Assembly (NCBI GenBank): GCA_963777605.1
Contig: CAVZRV010000010.1
Location: 256,001 to 320,000, forward strand
Direction of reading: 5' to 3'
Length of the DNA: 64,000 nucleotides
DNA from: an uncultured Acidobacteriota bacterium
GTDB taxonomy: Bacteria > Acidobacteriota > UBA6911 > RPQK01 > JAPXNP01
Shown here piece after piece: positions 9,451 to 19,185 of the stretch (its first letter is position 1; every line of letters begins with the position of its first letter). The notes beneath the pieces are model-generated. The model did no database searches. It was not told the DNA's origin and worked only from the letters and a program-made list of their open reading frames with translations. The translations under genes were made by a program, and so were the position numbers.

Positions 9451-11028
9451 ATGCCGACGATCACAATCGATGGAATAGAAGTTACAGTTGAGCCGGGGAC
9501 GACCGTCATCCAGGCGGCGGAAAAGGCCGGCATCTTCATTCCCCGTTACTGTTACCATCCCGGGCTTTCGATAGCTGGAAGCTGCCGGATGTGCCTGGTC
9601 GAGGTCGAAAACATTCCGGTGCTGCAGATCGCCTGCTATTCACGGGTCCAGGACGGGATGAAGGTGACGACCGACTCGGAGGCGGTCAAGAAGGCCCGCC
9701 AGGGGATGCTCGAGTTCCTTCTATCCGACCACCCGCTGGATTGCCCAGTCTGTGACCAGTCCGGGGAATGCGACCTACAGAACTTCTACATGGAACACGG
9801 CCGCTATCAGAGCCTATTCATGGAGAATAAGATCAAGCGGAAGAAGGCGTTCCCGATCGGTCCGCACGTGCTGCTCGACCAGGAGCGCTGCATTCTTTGC
9901 ACCCGTTGCGTCCGATTTTCCGACGAGGTTTCGAAAACCTCCGAACTGGGCGTCATCAATCGTGGAGACCGCTCCTGCATCGACCTTTTTCCCGGCAAGA
10001 CTCTTGACAATCCCTACTCGGGCAACGTCATCGACATTTGCCCGGTGGGCGCTCTGACGGAGCGGGAATTCCGATTTCAGTGCCGGGTCTGGTATCTCTC
10101 CACGCAAGACTCCATCTGCACCGGTTGTGCGCGTGGCTGCAACATTCGGATCCACTACAACAAGGACCGGGCGTACAAGGCGAATGGCCGGCGTGTCATG
10201 AGAATCAAGCCCCGCTTCAACCGGGATGTGAATCAGTGGTGGATCTGTGACAAAGGGCGCTTCGACTATCGATTCATCGATGAAAACCGGATTGAGTTTC
10301 CGTACGCGAGACAGGACGGGCAGCTCCGGCCTTCCGACTGGGACTCCACGATAGCAGCGGCTGCGCGCAGGATCCGGTCCAACATCGACGAGCACGGCAT
10401 CGATTCCGTTGCCGTGCTGGTTTCGCCGCAGCTTTCGAACGAGGAATTGCTGGCAACGCGTCAGCTCTTCGTGGAAGGCCTGGGAATTACCAAAACCGCC
10501 CTTTCGAACCCGTGGGAAGAACCGGGTCCCGAAGACGACATTCTTCGCCGGGCCGACCAGAACCCAAATACGGCCGGAGCCAAACAGGTCGGCTTCTCCG
10601 GGGATTGTGGAACTCTGCTCAAGGAGGCGGCCGCAGGAACGGTCAAACTCCTCTATGTTTTCCGCCACGACCTGGGTGACGCCGAAGCGCGGGACCTTCT
10701 CCAGAAGGCCGACACGGTGATCTTCCAGGGGGTGAACTGGAACGGGACCGCGGAACTGGCAGACCTCGTCCTTGCGGGAGCGACCCACGCCGAGAAAAGC
10801 GGAACATTCGTCAATTTTGAAGGTCGTCTACAGCGGTTCAATCAGGCGCTCGCCCCCCTTGAAGATAGCCTTGAGGATCTCGATATTCTCAAGCGCCTCG
10901 GGGCCGCCCTAAACGTCCAGGTCTCTTCCGGCCCGGATGATCTCCTTAAGGGGTGGCTCGGTGTCGATGCCGAAGAAATTGGAACCGGAGGCGTCCCGCT
11001 GACCAGCATTGAGGCAGTAAGGGCTTAA
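9451..11028 (+). CDS. nuoG: NADH-quinone oxidoreductase subunit G (short form, 525 aa)
   Basis: CYHP..GSCRMC, HPLDCPVCDQSGEC, CILCTRCVRF and CTGCARGC...CDKGR. Confidence 0.94.
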   Translation: MPTITIDGIEVTVEPGTTVIQAAEKAGIFIPRYCYHPGLSIAGSCRMCLVEVENIPVLQIACYSRVQDGMKVTTDSEAVKKARQGMLEFLLSDHPLDCPVCDQSGECDLQNFYMEHGRYQSLFMENKIKRKKAFPIGPHVLLDQERCILCTRCVRFSDEVSKTSELGVINRGDRSCIDLFPGKTLDNPYSGNVIDICPVGALTEREFRFQCRVWYLSTQDSICTGCARGCNIRIHYNKDRAYKANGRRVMRIKPRFNRDVNQWWICDKGRFDYRFIDENRIEFPYARQDGQLRPSDWDSTIAAAARRIRSNIDEHGIDSVAVLVSPQLSNEELLATRQLFVEGLGITKTALSNPWEEPGPEDDILRRADQNPNTAGAKQVGFSGDCGTLLKEAAAGTVKLLYVFRHDLGDAEARDLLQKADTVIFQGVNWNGTAELADLVLAGATHAEKSGTFVNFEGRLQRFNQALAPLEDSLEDLDILKRLGAALNVQVSSGPDDLLKGWLGVDAEEIGTGGVPLTSIEAVRA

Positions 11029-11047
11029 CCGGACAGGGATTGCACGC

Positions 11048-12130
11048 ATGGAATACTACCTTTTTGACGTCGGCAAGGTCCTATTTCTCTTCTCTGTAGT
11101 GATGGGACTGGCGTCGATCCTCACGTGGATGGAGCGTAAACAGAGTGCTGTCATGCAGGACAGAATCGGTGCCAACCGCGCCGACATCCTGGGTTTCCGC
11201 CTGCTTGGCCTGGTCCACATCCTGGCGGACGGCATCAAGATGTTCACCAAGGAAGACTTTGTGCCGGCTCGTGCGAACCGTTTTCTGCACACCGTGGCAC
11301 CGATGGTATCTCTCTTCTTTGCCTTGATCAGTTTCGCGGCCATCCCGTTTGGGGGCGTCTACAACATCGGGGGGTACACGATCTCCTTTCAGGTCTTCGA
11401 CGTCAACGTCGGACTGCTCTACGTCTTCGCGATGATGAGCATGGGGATCTACGGTTTTGTCCTCGCCGGCTGGGCCTCGGCCAACAACTTCGCCCTCCTG
11501 GGAGGCATTCGCGCCTCGGGGCAGATGATCTCCTACGAGATCACCATGGGGGCGACGGTAATTGGCGCGATTATGGTGTACGGGGCTCTCAACCTTCAGG
11601 AGATCGTCCAATACCAGGGTCAGATGGCCTGGGGATGGATTCCGATGTGGGGAGTGCTCCTCCAGCCGGTAGGCTGCCTTCTCTTTCTGACTGCCGCCAT
11701 GGCCGAAACCAAGCGCGTCCCTTTTGACATCCCGGAGGGAGAATCGGAGATCATCGGGTACTTCGTTGAGTACAGCGGAATGCGCTTCGGGATGTTCTTT
11801 TTCACCGACTTCATCGAGACGATCCTGGCGTCGGTCTTGACCGTGACTCTTTTCTTCGGGGGTTGGCAGGTCCCCTTCCTCACCTCAACCGGCTTTGAGT
11901 TCCCGTGGGGGATGTCCATTGCGGTGCCGGTCGTGATTGTGATGCTCCTGCAGGTCGGCGCTTTTCTTTTCAAGGTCTTCCTGGGCTGTTTCTTACTCCT
12001 GCTGGTTCGCTGGACGCTGCCTCGGTTCCGTTGGGATCAGCTCATGCGGCTCGGCTGGACGATCATGCTTCCGTTGTCGATTCTGAATATTGTCGTTACG
12101 GGCTTGGTCCTTTTGATACTCGAGAGCTAG
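11048..12130 (+). CDS. nuoH: NADH-quinone oxidoreductase subunit H
   Basis: ERK...QDRIG, ADGIKMFTKED, QMISYE, PFDIPEGESE and LPRFRWDQLM. Confidence 0.97.
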   Translation: MEYYLFDVGKVLFLFSVVMGLASILTWMERKQSAVMQDRIGANRADILGFRLLGLVHILADGIKMFTKEDFVPARANRFLHTVAPMVSLFFALISFAAIPFGGVYNIGGYTISFQVFDVNVGLLYVFAMMSMGIYGFVLAGWASANNFALLGGIRASGQMISYEITMGATVIGAIMVYGALNLQEIVQYQGQMAWGWIPMWGVLLQPVGCLLFLTAAMAETKRVPFDIPEGESEIIGYFVEYSGMRFGMFFFTDFIETILASVLTVTLFFGGWQVPFLTSTGFEFPWGMSIAVPVVIVMLLQVGAFLFKVFLGCFLLLLVRWTLPRFRWDQLMRLGWTIMLPLSILNIVVTGLVLLILES

Positions 12131-12134
12131 GAAT

Positions 12135-12704
12135 ATGGCAATCAAGGTAGAAGAACGAGAACTCTCGCTGGTCGAGAGGTTGTACATAAGAGAAGTGGTC
12201 ATGGGCCTCGCCGTTACAATGGGCCACTTCGTTCGCAACCTGAGCGTCCACATTGCTCACCTCTTTGGCATGGCCAAGGGCAAGCGGGGTGCCGAAACTT
12301 ACAAGTACCCTGAAGAACGGCGACCGCTGGCACCGAGGCTTCGGACCCTGCATCGCCTGACCCGGCGTCCTGACGGGGCCCCCCGCTGCGTGGCCTGCAT
12401 GATGTGCGAGACGGTTTGCCCGGCACACTGCATCTACATCGTGGCCGGCGAGCATCCCAACCCGCAGATCGAGAAATACCCGGTTCGGTTCGACATCGAT
12501 CTGGGCCTTTGCGTGTTTTGCGGATACTGTGTGGAAGCCTGCCCCGAAGACGCTATCCGGATGGACACCGGCGTTCTGGAGTTCTCCTCCTACTCCCGAG
12601 AAGGCATGGTGCTCGACATGCGGGAGCTTCTCTCACGGTCGGAAACCCCGAAACAGGCACCGGAGACCGAGCAGATTTACGCCACCACAAAGAAGATTCA
12701 GTAG
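12135..12704 (+). CDS. nuoI: NADH-quinone oxidoreductase subunit I
   Basis: YPEE and two CxxCxxCxxxCP motifs (CVACMMCETVCP, CVFCGYCVEACP). Confidence 0.95.
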   Translation: MAIKVEERELSLVERLYIREVVMGLAVTMGHFVRNLSVHIAHLFGMAKGKRGAETYKYPEERRPLAPRLRTLHRLTRRPDGAPRCVACMMCETVCPAHCIYIVAGEHPNPQIEKYPVRFDIDLGLCVFCGYCVEACPEDAIRMDTGVLEFSSYSREGMVLDMRELLSRSETPKQAPETEQIYATTKKIQ

Positions 12705-12802
12705 GCATCGTGCTGGTGGCGCCCACCTGGCTTGAAGGACCCGGTCGGACTCGGCTGACCTGACCGGTCGGGCGTAGCTCGACCCGCTTCTCCCCTCTGT
12801 TC

Positions 12803-13801
12803 CTACAGGGATCCCACGTGTTCGATAATCTGAACGGGGACCGGCATGAAGGTCACGACGAAAATTACCAGAGCCAGCAATGCCAGCCACTTTCGGCCCG
12901 ACCCGAGTTCGGAAAAATTATTGTAGGGCTCGGGATGCCTGAACCGCAGAAAGAGCAGCAGCAGGGCAAACACCTGGTAGCCAAGCACCGGCCAGGAGAG
13001 AAATCCCAAACCGACCAGGGCCGCAAACGTGCAGTAGGACACGATCCGATGAGCCCGGGCACCGAAGAGGGCGTAGACGACGTGGCCGCCGTCCAACTGT
13101 CCCACCGGCAGCAAGTTGATACTGGTGGCCAGCAGGCCGAACCAGGCGGCCCACCCGATCGGATGAAGCCGGATGAAAGCCGGGTCCCCGCTGAAGAACA
13201 GGTTGACCATCAGTCTGAAGACCAGCGGCTCGCCAAATTGAAGTCCGGCATCGATAGATTCGAACCCGTGGAACTCGGTTGAGAGGGCAATGCCCAGAGC
13301 AAGAAGCGGCAGAAGCACGGTGAAACCCGCCAGTGGCCCGGCGATGCCGACGTCGAAAAGTTCGCGACGGTTCTTGAAGAGAGACTTGATCCGAATCACG
13401 GCTCCAAAGGTGCCGAAGAACATGATCGGCGGCGGGGCCGGAATAACGTACGGCAGGCTGGCGTTGATTCCATAACGGCGACAGGTCAGGTAGTGACCCA
13501 TCTCGTGCGACAGCAGAAATGCAAGAATCGCCAGCGCATAGGGCGCACCGGCCAGAATTCCCAACGGGTTGTGAAGCAGGCCGTAGATTTGAGCCATCGC
13601 CTCCTCACCCGACTGGGTCGAAAACTCGAGATCGAGAAGGAAGCCGGCCACCAGGGTCGTCAGAACCGTGATCACCAACAGCACGCCGGCCAGGGTGCGC
13701 TTGGGCCTCGGTTCCGGAATTGTGTAAGGTTCGACAGGAACGAAGCTTCCGACGGACCGACTCGGGAAGCCCTCAGTCGAAGGGGAGAAATCGCCTTCCA
13801 A
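12803..13801 (-). CDS. Site-2 protease, M50 family
   Basis: HEMGH, GIAGPLAG and NLLPVGQLDGGH motifs, multiple TM segments. Confidence 0.93.
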   Translation of the reverse strand: MEGDFSPSTEGFPSRSVGSFVPVEPYTIPEPRPKRTLAGVLLVITVLTTLVAGFLLDLEFSTQSGEEAMAQIYGLLHNPLGILAGAPYALAILAFLLSHEMGHYLTCRRYGINASLPYVIPAPPPIMFFGTFGAVIRIKSLFKNRRELFDVGIAGPLAGFTVLLPLLALGIALSTEFHGFESIDAGLQFGEPLVFRLMVNLFFSGDPAFIRLHPIGWAAWFGLLATSINLLPVGQLDGGHVVYALFGARAHRIVSYCTFAALVGLGFLSWPVLGYQVFALLLLFLRFRHPEPYNNFSELGSGRKWLALLALVIFVVTFMPVPVQIIEHVGSL

Positions 13802-13807
13802 ATCGAA

Positions 13808-14077
13808 TTACTCAGTGAATCGAATTTCTTTGCCGGGTTTGAATCGCACCGTCTTCCCCGGAGGAATCGGAACTTCCGCGCCAGTCCTCGGATTTCGTCC
13901 AATCCCGCTCTTGCGGGGTTTGACGACAAAAACACCGAAGCCGCGCAACTCAATCCGCTCGCCATTCTTGAGCGCATCCTTTAGGGAATCAAAAAAGGCG
14001 TCTACCGCGATCTCAGCTTTAACCTTCGTAATTTCGTTCTTTTCCGATACCCGAGCGACTATGTCCTGCTTTACCAC
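13808..14077 (-). CDS. HU/IHF-family DNA-binding protein
   Basis: IELRGFGVF, GRNPRTG and VRFKPGK. Confidence 0.96.
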   Translation of the reverse strand: MVKQDIVARVSEKNEITKVKAEIAVDAFFDSLKDALKNGERIELRGFGVFVVKPRKSGIGRNPRTGAEVPIPPGKTVRFKPGKEIRFTE

Positions 14078-14091
14078 CGTTGCGTTCCTTC

Positions 14092-14526
14092 CTAACCTGT
14101 TAAAAAGACTATACTTTCATTCTCGCCCAAATTCAAGGTCGCCGAGGGGCTGGGCGGGGCACCCAGGCCCCGGCCCCGACGATTGCAGTACGGGCAACGA
14201 AACTCAAGCAAGTTCCCCTCAAATTCGGCGTAATTGACCCGGCAATCATCCATCGGACACCGGGGAGGCCTGCCCAGTCGAACGCATTCCTGAAGATACG
14301 CCAGGTGAAGGGGTTCCCATTGATCCACTGCGTCCGGAATGCGCCAGTGCCCGGTCGCATCGCAGCCGGAACAGCAGAGGTCCAGAGCAACCGACGGACG
14401 TTCCGAGTAATCGAGAGAAACCGCCACGTCTTCGCCGCAATGTATGCAGCAAGGAGGCTCGGTCAAAGAGAAGTAGTCTCGAACCAGTGCCTCAACTTCT
14501 TCTGAATGGTACGTTGTCTGATTCAA
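14092..14526 (-). CDS. Hypothetical protein with two putative zinc ribbons
   Basis: CIHC...CSGC and CPMDDC...CPYC. Start overlaps the nfo stop (ATGA). Confidence 0.7.
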   Translation of the reverse strand: MNQTTYHSEEVEALVRDYFSLTEPPCCIHCGEDVAVSLDYSERPSVALDLCCSGCDATGHWRIPDAVDQWEPLHLAYLQECVRLGRPPRCPMDDCRVNYAEFEGNLLEFRCPYCNRRGRGLGAPPSPSATLNLGENESIVFLTG

Positions 14527-15395
14527 ATGCCGCCATCCTTGTCGATCAACGAACGGAGAGTGGCGAGGTTGCGCCGGTCGTGCTCGCCATCGTCCCCCTT
14601 GGGGGTTTCCAGCATCTTCGGGATGGAAGCAAGGACGGAATTGTTCATAATCCAGGAAAATCCATCCAGTCCAATCTGTCCGTCGCCAATATGGTCGTGC
14701 CGATCAACGCGACTGCCCAGTTCCCGCTTACTGTCGTTGACGTGGAGAACTCGCAGCTGATCCAACCCGATTACCAGGTCGAACTCCTGAAAGGTTGTCT
14801 CGCACCCTTCGCGGCTGCGCAATTCGTAACCGGCTGCGAAGACATGACAGGTGTCCAGGCAGACAGCCATACGGTCGGGGCAGGAGCAGCCCGCCAGGAT
14901 ATCGCGAAGGTGCTCGAATCGGTGTCCGAGCGTGGTTCCCTGGCCCGCGGTCGTCTCAACCGCTACCTTCACCGAAGTATCCCCGAGCCGGTCGAAGATT
15001 TCCTCAAATGAAGCAATCACCCGCTCCACTCCTTCCTGTTCCCCTTCGCCCATGTGGGCACCGGGATGGGTAACCAGGTAGTCGAGCCCGAGGCGGTTCG
15101 AGCGGTCCATTTCATCGATGAAGGCAGCGATGCTCCGTTCCCGCAGACCTGGATCGGGTGAAGCCAGGTTGATCAGGTAGGAATCGTGGCCCACGACCGA
15201 CTCAAGAGCCGACTCGCGATACTCTTGCTGAAACTCCTCGACCTCTTCTTGAGAGAGTTCTTTCACTTTCCACCGGCTGGGGTTCTTGACAAATATCTGC
15301 AGCACCCGGCAACCGACTTCGGTCGCTCGCCCGATCGAGCGGGAAACTCCGCCCGCGATCGACATGTGTGCCCCCAGGAGACCGTTCTCGTTCAC
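14523..15395 (-). CDS. nfo: Endonuclease IV
   Basis: GAHMSIAGG, HDSYLINL, ETTAGQG, CLDTCH, HVNDSK...DRHDHIG and LETP. Confidence 0.97.
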   Translation of the reverse strand: MNENGLLGAHMSIAGGVSRSIGRATEVGCRVLQIFVKNPSRWKVKELSQEEVEEFQQEYRESALESVVGHDSYLINLASPDPGLRERSIAAFIDEMDRSNRLGLDYLVTHPGAHMGEGEQEGVERVIASFEEIFDRLGDTSVKVAVETTAGQGTTLGHRFEHLRDILAGCSCPDRMAVCLDTCHVFAAGYELRSREGCETTFQEFDLVIGLDQLRVLHVNDSKRELGSRVDRHDHIGDGQIGLDGFSWIMNNSVLASIPKMLETPKGDDGEHDRRNLATLRSLIDKDGGI

Positions 15396-15425
15396 TTTGC
15401 CCTCGATAAAGCGGTTGGGATTGCC

Positions 15426-16850
15426 CTAGCGGACCGGTCCTCGGACCTTCGTAGTGCCTACTTTACCAAGAATGAGGAAGGCAAGTAGGGAAACAACCAG
15501 GGCGACCACGCCGGAAGGAATATTCGAAGAGATGAGTTCCCATCGGGAGAGCAACTCCAGCACCACGCTCAGCGACAGGCCAAGCGAGATACTCACCCGG
15601 GCCGCCCACCGACCGGCCTCACGCCAGTTGAGGCCGAGCGCCAGGGACGGGGTCAAAGCCGCGGCGAAACTGCCGAATGCAAGGATTCCCAGGTAGGCGA
15701 CAAGCGAATTCATCCAGATCGCCAGCGCCCCGGCCACTCCGTAGATCAACAGTGAAAAGCACCTTCCCCAGGCCACCTCGTTTCGGGAGAACCAACCCAG
15801 GTCCTTTCCCAGATCGTGAGTTGCCGCGGCCGCCCCGACTCCAACAAAACTGTCGGCTGTTGACATGATAGCAGCCGTCACCGCGACGTAGGCAAGCGGC
15901 CCAAGCCATCCCGGAGCCACGTCCCTCAGGAAGACGACGATCGCATCGTCGGGATGTGCGAGGGGTGACAGGGTCCCCTCTGTGACCAGGCTCTTGACCA
16001 CAAGACCCACTCCCAGCCAGACCGTGCCGCAGATCAGCATCGAGACCGCCAGGAGAATCGGAAACAGGCGGAGCGACTTCAGGTCGCCGACCATCATAAA
16101 ACGATTGACCACGTGAGGCTGTCCCAGCGACCCGACACTGAACAGAAAGAACCAACTCAGGCAGACAACCGGACCAACACTTCCCCATGGACTGAGCGCC
16201 TCAGGGGAACCCCTGGACAGAACTCGGGACATGTGACTCAGTCCGCCACCCTCTCCGAGAGCAAATCCGAATATCATCAGGGCCACCCACAACATGATCG
16301 AGCCCTGAATGACGTCTGTGTTGACCGTAGCCGTCATCCCTCCGGCCACCGTGTAAAACACCAGCACGCCGACCCCAAGCAGAACCGAAGCGTCGCGACC
16401 GAACGGAGTCAACTGGTTCAAGATCACCGCCAGCGCCTGCAACTGAGCCGCCAGATAAGCCACCACGCCTACCAGGATCGCCAGGGCCGCCAGCCGGCTG
16501 GAGTATGCACAATCGTAACGTCGCCGAATGACCTCGGGAATCGTCAGGCACCGCGCCCCGTGTGACATCTCAAAGAGTGGCTTGGCCAGGACCCAGCACA
16601 TCAGTGCCCCGGTAAAGGAACTCGAAATGGTGATCCAGAAGGAACCCAGTCCAATCTGGTAGAAAAGTCCCGGCCCTCCCACAAAAACGAAGCCGCTCAT
16701 GATCGACGCCATCGTCGTCAACACGAGCACGACAAGCCCCAGTCGGCGACCAGCCAGGAAGTAGTCATCAGGTCCGCGACTCTGCCGTGCGGCACGGACA
16801 CCGATCCAGATGAGGCCAGCCAAGAATGCAATCCCGATCAACGCGCTCAT
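15426..16850 (-). CDS. Sodium:solute symporter (PutP/PanF-like)
   Basis: DYFLAGR, GGMTAT..TD..QG, LGQPH and AAIMSTADS, about 13 TM. Start ATG 16850 overlaps the upstream stop. Confidence 0.92.
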   Translation of the reverse strand: MSALIGIAFLAGLIWIGVRAARQSRGPDDYFLAGRRLGLVVLVLTTMASIMSGFVFVGGPGLFYQIGLGSFWITISSSFTGALMCWVLAKPLFEMSHGARCLTIPEVIRRRYDCAYSSRLAALAILVGVVAYLAAQLQALAVILNQLTPFGRDASVLLGVGVLVFYTVAGGMTATVNTDVIQGSIMLWVALMIFGFALGEGGGLSHMSRVLSRGSPEALSPWGSVGPVVCLSWFFLFSVGSLGQPHVVNRFMMVGDLKSLRLFPILLAVSMLICGTVWLGVGLVVKSLVTEGTLSPLAHPDDAIVVFLRDVAPGWLGPLAYVAVTAAIMSTADSFVGVGAAAATHDLGKDLGWFSRNEVAWGRCFSLLIYGVAGALAIWMNSLVAYLGILAFGSFAAALTPSLALGLNWREAGRWAARVSISLGLSLSVVLELLSRWELISSNIPSGVVALVVSLLAFLILGKVGTTKVRGPVR

Positions 16851-17209
16851 TTGGAAAACCAGGAACGAAAGGAAACCAGGAACGCCACCGGCCCAAGGAG
16901 CAGTGGAACGATCCAGATTCCTCCAAGCATCCAGAATGCTCCCGCCAAGCCATCCGGGCCGAAATCCCTTTCGAATTGAGGAACTCCCACCAGGTAGAGA
17001 ATCACTCCACTCAGCCACAACCAGAGGGCCCAACTCGAATAACGGGGTGCGCCGCCCAACCGGGCCAGGACAGCAATGAAGGTCGTGGCCCCCAAGCCGA
17101 CCACCCAGGAGGAACCGGCAACGATTCCCCCCAGCAAGAACAAAAGCCCGACGACCAACCCTTCAATGATCATAGCGACGACTGACGGCCCCACACCCAC
17201 TGCCGGCAT
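16847..17209 (-). CDS. Small hypothetical membrane protein (120 aa)
   Basis: About 4 hydrophobic segments, ATGA coupling to the symporter gene. Confidence 0.6.
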   Translation of the reverse strand: MPAVGVGPSVVAMIIEGLVVGLLFLLGGIVAGSSWVVGLGATTFIAVLARLGGAPRYSSWALWLWLSGVILYLVGVPQFERDFGPDGLAGAFWMLGGIWIVPLLLGPVAFLVSFRSWFSK

Positions 17210-17314
17210 CCAACCAACAAGTTTCCCAAAACCAGTTCGGCGTCACCCCGACTCCCCCAGGTTGCTCCCCGACGGCCTTTCGGTCAAAAATACAGGAGAC
17301 TTAAAGGAGGATTC

Positions 17315-17602
17315 TTGACACTCGACAAAATCGCCAACTACTGCCAGATCAAAGACTGCCGCGTCCACCTGGGAAGCCCCGACTCCGGGTTTATCACCAT
17401 CGACGGAGAGGGCGTCACCAGTCGCTCGAACAACTACCGACGTTTCCTTGCCCATAACGAACTGGCGTCGCTTCCCAATCCCCGAAAAGCGCTTGAAGGA
17501 GCCGACACCTTCACAATCGAATCCGGAACGGACAGCCGCACTTTCGAACGGGCAGGATTTGAAAGTGAACTGGCCCACTTTTCCAGCCTGATCGGAGCCT
17601 GA
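17315..17602 (+). CDS. Hypothetical protein (95 aa)
   Basis: TTG start with AAGGAGG RBS, followed by a strong hairpin. Confidence 0.7.
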   Translation: MTLDKIANYCQIKDCRVHLGSPDSGFITIDGEGVTSRSNNYRRFLAHNELASLPNPRKALEGADTFTIESGTDSRTFERAGFESELAHFSSLIGA

Positions 17603-17614
17603 ACCGACTTTCAA

Positions 17615-17646
17615 TCCCAATGGGTGCCGGAAAGCACCCATTGGGA
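17615..17646. terminator. Probable bidirectional terminator
   Basis: Perfect 13-bp stem TCCCAATGGGTGC-cggaaa-GCACCCATTGGGA between convergent genes. Confidence 0.75.
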
Positions 17647-17655
17647 AACGACCGG

Positions 17656-19041
17656 TCAGGCGTTTGGGAACCGGCCGCGGAGTCTTCTCAATGCAAGGTT
17701 GGCCGCCGACACAACATCGGCGTTTTCGCTTGCGGCCAGTTTCTGAACCATCGGCAGAGCATCGGCGCCGGCCCGCAGACCCACAACATCCAGCAATCGA
17801 ACGGTAACCGGAACACTTGCAGTCTGCAGGTAAGGGTAGAGCGCCTTAAGCTTGTCGGGCGGAAGATCGAGCAGGTAGTAGTAAGCCTGGTCATTCTCGG
17901 CACGGTCAACGAGTTCAACGATGTGCTCTTCACGCCCCAGCAAATAGAGGGCATACCCCATCGCCAGCTTGGCGCTTTCATCAGTCTCGCGCAGGTACCT
18001 GGTCGCGATCAGAGAAGTGTAGCTGCGATCGCCCATGCGCCCGAGGCCTTCCGCACCAAACCGGCGGTACTCGCTCCGGCTGTCGTTGAGGGCGTCCTCA
18101 AAGATGTCTTTGCTGCTCGGGTCGCCGATGTATGACAACGCCTCGAGGACCTTTCTCTGGAGGTCGTCCGTCCCGGAGACTGGTACGATGCCAAACACCT
18201 TCTTGCGTTCTTCCACTCCCGCGCGATAGAGGTCGTTCAGAACCGGAACCGCCGCCTTCACCCGCAGGTGTCCGGCAGTCAAAATCGCCTCGTCATGGAC
18301 CTTTTTGTCGGGGTCGCGAATGAGTGGAACCACCGCCTCGCCACCTTCCGGATCCCCAATTTTGTAGATGGCCCGAATCAGTTCGACCTTGACGTCGTCG
18401 GAACTCTCACGCCTCAGGGCATCTTCAATGGCTGTCAGCGACGCCGGTGAGCGGAGGATTCCCAGCGCTACCGCTGCGTCCTTCCTGAGCCCCTTGTCGC
18501 GGCTGAAGAGCAGGTCGATGAGCGCGTTGACGGCATCCGAACTGACGGGTACGTAGGGCTCCACCATCCGGGAATCGTAGTCGTCACTAAGGGGGTTCAG
18601 GAAGTCGACAACCTTGCCGACTCCGGACACGAAGCCCCCTTCAGGGTAAACATATATATTGACGATTCCTTCAATCGCCTCCTTCTGGATCCGCGTCTCG
18701 CTGTCGCGTGCCAGCTTGACGAACGCGCCCAGAGCTCGCGTGTCGTGGATTTGAATCAGAGCCCTGGCGGCCGCGTAACGGACGTCCGGATCAGAGTCCT
18801 CGGTGGCCTTGATCAGGCCAGGTACCGCCTCTCGGACCTTGTTGTCGCCGAGAAGCCTGGCAGCCTCCAGCCGGCGGTCCACGTCCGGATGGGTCAAATC
18901 ACGTATCAGGCCTTCGACGCTGCGTTTTTCGGTTTTCTGTGCTGCAGACGCAAATCCGCTGCTTAAGAACGCGGCGGTCAGTAACATGGCAATCCACAGG
19001 GGGAGAGACCTTCCCATGGGTTTGTTCCTTTCTGTAGACAT
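17656..19041 (-). CDS. Secreted HEAT-repeat (PBS lyase-like) protein
   Basis: Signal peptide and repeated L.D.D..VR..AA.AL units. Confidence 0.9.
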   Translation of the reverse strand: MSTERNKPMGRSLPLWIAMLLTAAFLSSGFASAAQKTEKRSVEGLIRDLTHPDVDRRLEAARLLGDNKVREAVPGLIKATEDSDPDVRYAAARALIQIHDTRALGAFVKLARDSETRIQKEAIEGIVNIYVYPEGGFVSGVGKVVDFLNPLSDDYDSRMVEPYVPVSSDAVNALIDLLFSRDKGLRKDAAVALGILRSPASLTAIEDALRRESSDDVKVELIRAIYKIGDPEGGEAVVPLIRDPDKKVHDEAILTAGHLRVKAAVPVLNDLYRAGVEERKKVFGIVPVSGTDDLQRKVLEALSYIGDPSSKDIFEDALNDSRSEYRRFGAEGLGRMGDRSYTSLIATRYLRETDESAKLAMGYALYLLGREEHIVELVDRAENDQAYYYLLDLPPDKLKALYPYLQTASVPVTVRLLDVVGLRAGADALPMVQKLAASENADVVSAANLALRRLRGRFPNA

Positions 19042-19185
19042 TTCCCTAGTTTTCTAATGTAACAAAGTCCTCTGACCGTGTAGATGCGTGAAAACCCGGA
19101 ACTTCGCAGACTCCCCTTGACCTGACGCCTCCCAACTCCAAGAATGAGCAGGATCGTGAATTTCGGATTTCTTGCGGGAGCTTGC

